From the NCBI RefSeq assembly GCF_009914755.1, contig NC_060933.1: a DNA stretch of 64,000 nt; one strand, given 5' to 3'. Below, piece after piece: positions 60,251-64,000 of this stretch (position 1 is its first letter; the number at the start of each line of letters is the position of its first letter). The notes below the pieces were generated by a model, which worked only from the letters and a program-made list of their open reading frames with translations, searched no databases and was not told where the DNA came from. Made by a program: the position numbers and the translations under genes. This stretch comes from the human T2T-CHM13v2.0 reference genome, Homo sapiens.

Positions 60251-62074
60251 TACACAGATGTCAACAGCATCATTCTTCAGATAACCTGTGCAGAAGCTAC
60301 TCAATAATATAACTCAGTTAAATTTCCTCCAACATGCATTTCATTCATCATAGTTACAGGTACTCACATCTCCTTGATGTCTGGCCACTTAATTTTACTT
60401 TCTATTTCTTTACCTCCTACCTCTTCCTTTCCCCACATTTTCAGGTTCGCATTTTTTTAAATGTTACTTTTTTAAGACACAAGGATTTCAACATTATTTA
60501 AAGAAAGAAGAAACTATTCCATCATCGAAATCTGTGGGGCTCAGCAGGACAGCTAGAACAATATCCTTTCGCCACACCCTTAGTCTGGAATAGGCATTAG
60601 TTATTTGAGAAATCAGCCAGGATTCTTGCCTTTTAATATTTTGTGAATGAAAAAAGGAAAACATAGAATTCAAAAAAGTGTTGGCGATTTCCATCCCTGT
60701 ACAAAATCTCAAATGAGTATACACTGAAATTTCAAGGGAGCAACAAATACAAATTATCTTTTCCCATTTTATGAAGGAGTCTTCTGAGTGTTACATTCAG
60801 CCATCACCACCAGTCAAAATACAGGAAAATCAAATTAGCAAAACTGATTTGTTATTAATTTTAGCTAAAATGTAATTTATAGTCCCTTAACATGGCTAAT
60901 AAAGTGAATAGGAAGGAGAAATAGAGAAAAAAACAGCATGTGATGTAGTCATATTATATAATCTCAGTGTGAAATACAGAGATTTCCCTTCCCTCCCCGA
61001 CCCCTATTCTGGAAGGCCAGTAAATAGGACACATTTCCCTTCTTCTATATCTGAAGCCTGAAAAGAAAGCTTAAGAGAGATGGGAAAAATGATGAGTCCT
61101 TCTATTGTAAATGTGACAGAACCTCTCTAATGAAATTCTGAGTATAAACAAGGTAACTTGAGCCTCCAAACTGAGGTTGGAGAAAACATATAGATTTCCA
61201 AAAAGCCTTAGCATTTTCAGAAACAAAACTCATAAAGTTTCAAAACTCCGTGAGAATGCAATTCTCAGCAGGAATACTAGGTCAGAATCAGGGGATGGAA
61301 ATGAAAGAACTAAGTGAAATATAAAGCCAACTTGCCCAGCAGGCCTCACCAGCCATTGAATAAAATGAGTTTTAGAAAAACCGAACAGGGGTAGTAAAAT
61401 ACCTCATATAATTGTCACTGCAGCTATAATGCCTTGTAGCCAAAGACCTAACCTTGCATAGCTCATAATGCATGGTGTAAGATATTTATATGTGCATTTT
61501 CAGGGCCTAGTGCTTCCTTGAAGGTTGTGATACTAAATGAAGCAAGAACACTCCCTAAAGAGGGAAGGATCTTACCCTTTCTGTCATTCCTGAAGTTGTA
61601 TCAGATGGCCTTGATAGCCTAAAACAAACCTGAAACAAGTAATGTCAATTATCAAGGTTCATTTAATTACAGGGATTTTTCACCCTCCTCAAAGGTAAAT
61701 GGTAGTTAATAATTCTGTCTTGATGTGTATACCAAGTTCATTCTAGCATCTAATGTTCTGGAGCAAATGTGTGTGTAGGTGTGTGCATGCACACCGGTGT
61801 GTTTCTGAGAGTTTGTGTACATTTATACATTCAATGTTTTACAAGGTTCATTACAGGATTTATAAAGTCTACAATGGTAACGTTGATTACTTTGAATTAC
61901 CATACAGGAGAGGCCCTTGCATTCTCTAAGCTGAGCTTTATTGGGCAAATTTTTGCTCTATATTCTTATATGCAATAAAATGTTACTTATTTTTATTTTT
62001 GTTGGAGCTATTCCTAATCAGGACACCAAGTTTGAGAAAAGGAACATCTACATAGTCCATGTTCAGAAGTTTAT

Positions 62075-62391
62075 TTTATTTTATTTTATTTTATTTTATT
62101 TTATTTTATTTTATTTAAGACAGAGTCTCACTCTGTCTTAAAACATGGAAAGGCCTGATCTCGGCTCACTGCAACCTCCGCTTCCTGAGTTCAAGCAATT
62201 GTCCTGCTTCAGCCTCCCAAGCAGCTGGGATTACAGGCATGTGCCACCATGCCTGGCTAATTTTTGTATTTTTCATAGAGATGTGGTTTCACCACGTTGT
62301 CCAGGCTGGTCTCGAACTCCTGAACTTGTGATCTGCCCGGCTTGGCCTCACAAAGTGCTGGGATTACAGACATGAGCCACTGTACCCGGCC
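62075..62391 (-). mobile_element. AluSg-like SINE with (TTTTA)n tail
   Basis: Dimer, TSD cagaagtttat (62064-62074 / 62392-62402). Confidence 0.9.
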
Positions 62392-62983
62392 CAGAAGTTT
62401 ATCTTAACAGAGCCATTTAAAGTAATTTTTATTATTATAACACTTAAGAAAGTCCTTGAATGCTGAAAGGGCCATGTGTTTTTCATGTTATGAGGTCCAT
62501 GACTGTAACATTTATTATGCTTTTAGAATGTCCTGTCACATCATTAAATTACATCTAAAGGTTTTACAAGACTAGAAATTATTTACATCAGGCTTTAACA
62601 GAATCTTCTCAGGGAAAGACAAGAGGTGACATAATAAACTGTCTTCAATATGAGAGATAGGCAACCTCTCCTATAAGAACTTCAAATGACTCTTTTAAAA
62701 ATGAACCCCTGTAAAAGAAATTTCTGTCCCTTCTTTTCGGCAGGTCTTGGGTTTTTAAGTCATTTCTTGCTTCATGTTCCCTTCCCTTTGATTACTTCTA
62801 CAAGGAATTCAAATGTAATACTGGGAGCCTACTCACTTAGATGACCTGAAGAGCAACTGAGTGTCTCTTTTCTAGAATACAGATATTAATGCTGGAAATA
62901 CAAAGCGTTATATTAGGGTCTATTTTGTGGAAAGTCAACTTGTATCAGCCTACCTTCCATTTTAAAATAAAGCAAAAAAAAAA

Positions 62984-63225
62984 TCACTCATAGGTGGGAA
63001 TTGAACAATGAGAACACATGGACACAGGAAGGGGAACATCACACACCAGGCCTGTTGTGAGGTGGGGGGAGGGGGAGGGATAGCATTTGGAGATATACCT
63101 AATGTTAAATGACGAGTTAATGGGTGCAGCACACCAACATGGCACATGTATACATATGTAACAAACCTTCACATTGTGCACATGTACCTAAAACTTAAAT
63201 TATAATTTAAAAAAAAGAAAAAAAC
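62984..63225 (+). mobile_element. L1PA4-like 3' end, severely 5'-truncated (about 240 bp)
   Basis: cactcataggtgggaattgaacaatgag...gttaaatgacgagttaatggg...poly(A). Confidence 0.88.
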
Positions 63226-64000
63226 GCTTCCAAACGTACTATTGTTCTTTCCTTTGATTCAAGTACCCTTCATGGTTTCTGCATGGATGCAGCTCAGTTT
63301 TATCTGTTGAATCTCAGATTAAATACTAATTTCTCAAAGAGGCCGTACAAGGCCCCTGAACTAAAGTAGTGTTTATTTCCCCCATTATTCCCCAACCCAA
63401 TTCATTCCTTACATTTTTATTGCATCTGCATCTGCATGAATTACACATTAGGTAATTGAAAGTACTCACAAGAGTCTGCAGGATATACTAATAAAGGCTT
63501 TAATAAAGGTAAACTGTGTAGTACAAAGGGATTAAAAAAGCATAGGTAAACATCAAAGGGATTTGACGTGTCCGGGTGCAGTTTCCTGGACCCTTCCCCA
63601 GTTTCTCTGGATGCTCTTGTCTTCAGATTACAAATCAACAGGATCCATGCCAGACCCCTCTGTGTCAAGGCACAAGATCACTGGGGAGTCTTTTATTCTT
63701 TACTGGTCACATAGCTAAAACCAGGCATTTTAACTAGGTAAGCCAGGTACAAACTATCAATCTATTAAATTTTACTAAACAGTGTAGACAAGATGTTATA
63801 GGGTGCCTCCAGAGGAGACTCACACTTAACATAGCACACCATAAATCACTGTTTAGTACACTTACTCCCTATGCTGGCCAAGGGATTCCTATCCTGACCA
63901 GACTTCTAGCCCTCCCTGGAGATAAGAATAGAGGTACTACAAATCAGCTGCAAATTAGTCCATCTTTACCTAACATCAGCCTTTAATTGTTTTACTTTTG

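Noticed and set aside
62720-62870. Good 3' splice acceptor (ttctgtcccttcttttcggcag); also isolated minus-strand donors near 2083, 3435 and 49595
   Set aside because: No paired sites defining a convincing exon or reading frame; lncRNA exons cannot be excluded without RNA data.

Overview
Primate (human-like), AT-rich non-coding DNA, intergenic or deep intronic. I find no intact cellular protein-coding gene, RNA gene or prokaryote-type system. The recognisable ORF-track entries are Alu/L1/THE1/LTR/simple-repeat translations, and the rest are short and look like chance ORFs. Much of the window is transposon-derived: about 10 Alus, a young 5'-truncated L1PA2 with a perfect 17-bp TSD, an L1PA7/8 inside an MST LTR, a long old L1M cluster, a full-length THE1A provirus, many solo LTRs (including a deeply nested stack at 6.1-8.05 kb), and MIR/L2/MER33 relics. 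The notable non-routine structure lies at 4.9-16.4 kb. A retrocopied mRNA 3'-UTR is split into a + strand half and two inverted copies of its terminal half. Two other short local segments have been copied to nearby sites. Most of the new junctions carry short fold-back hairpins or direct-repeat filler, which is consistent with an ancient cluster of templated-insertion (Pol theta/SD-MMEJ or template-switch) repair. Repeat subfamily names come from recalled consensus diagnostics and need RepeatMasker/Dfam confirmation.
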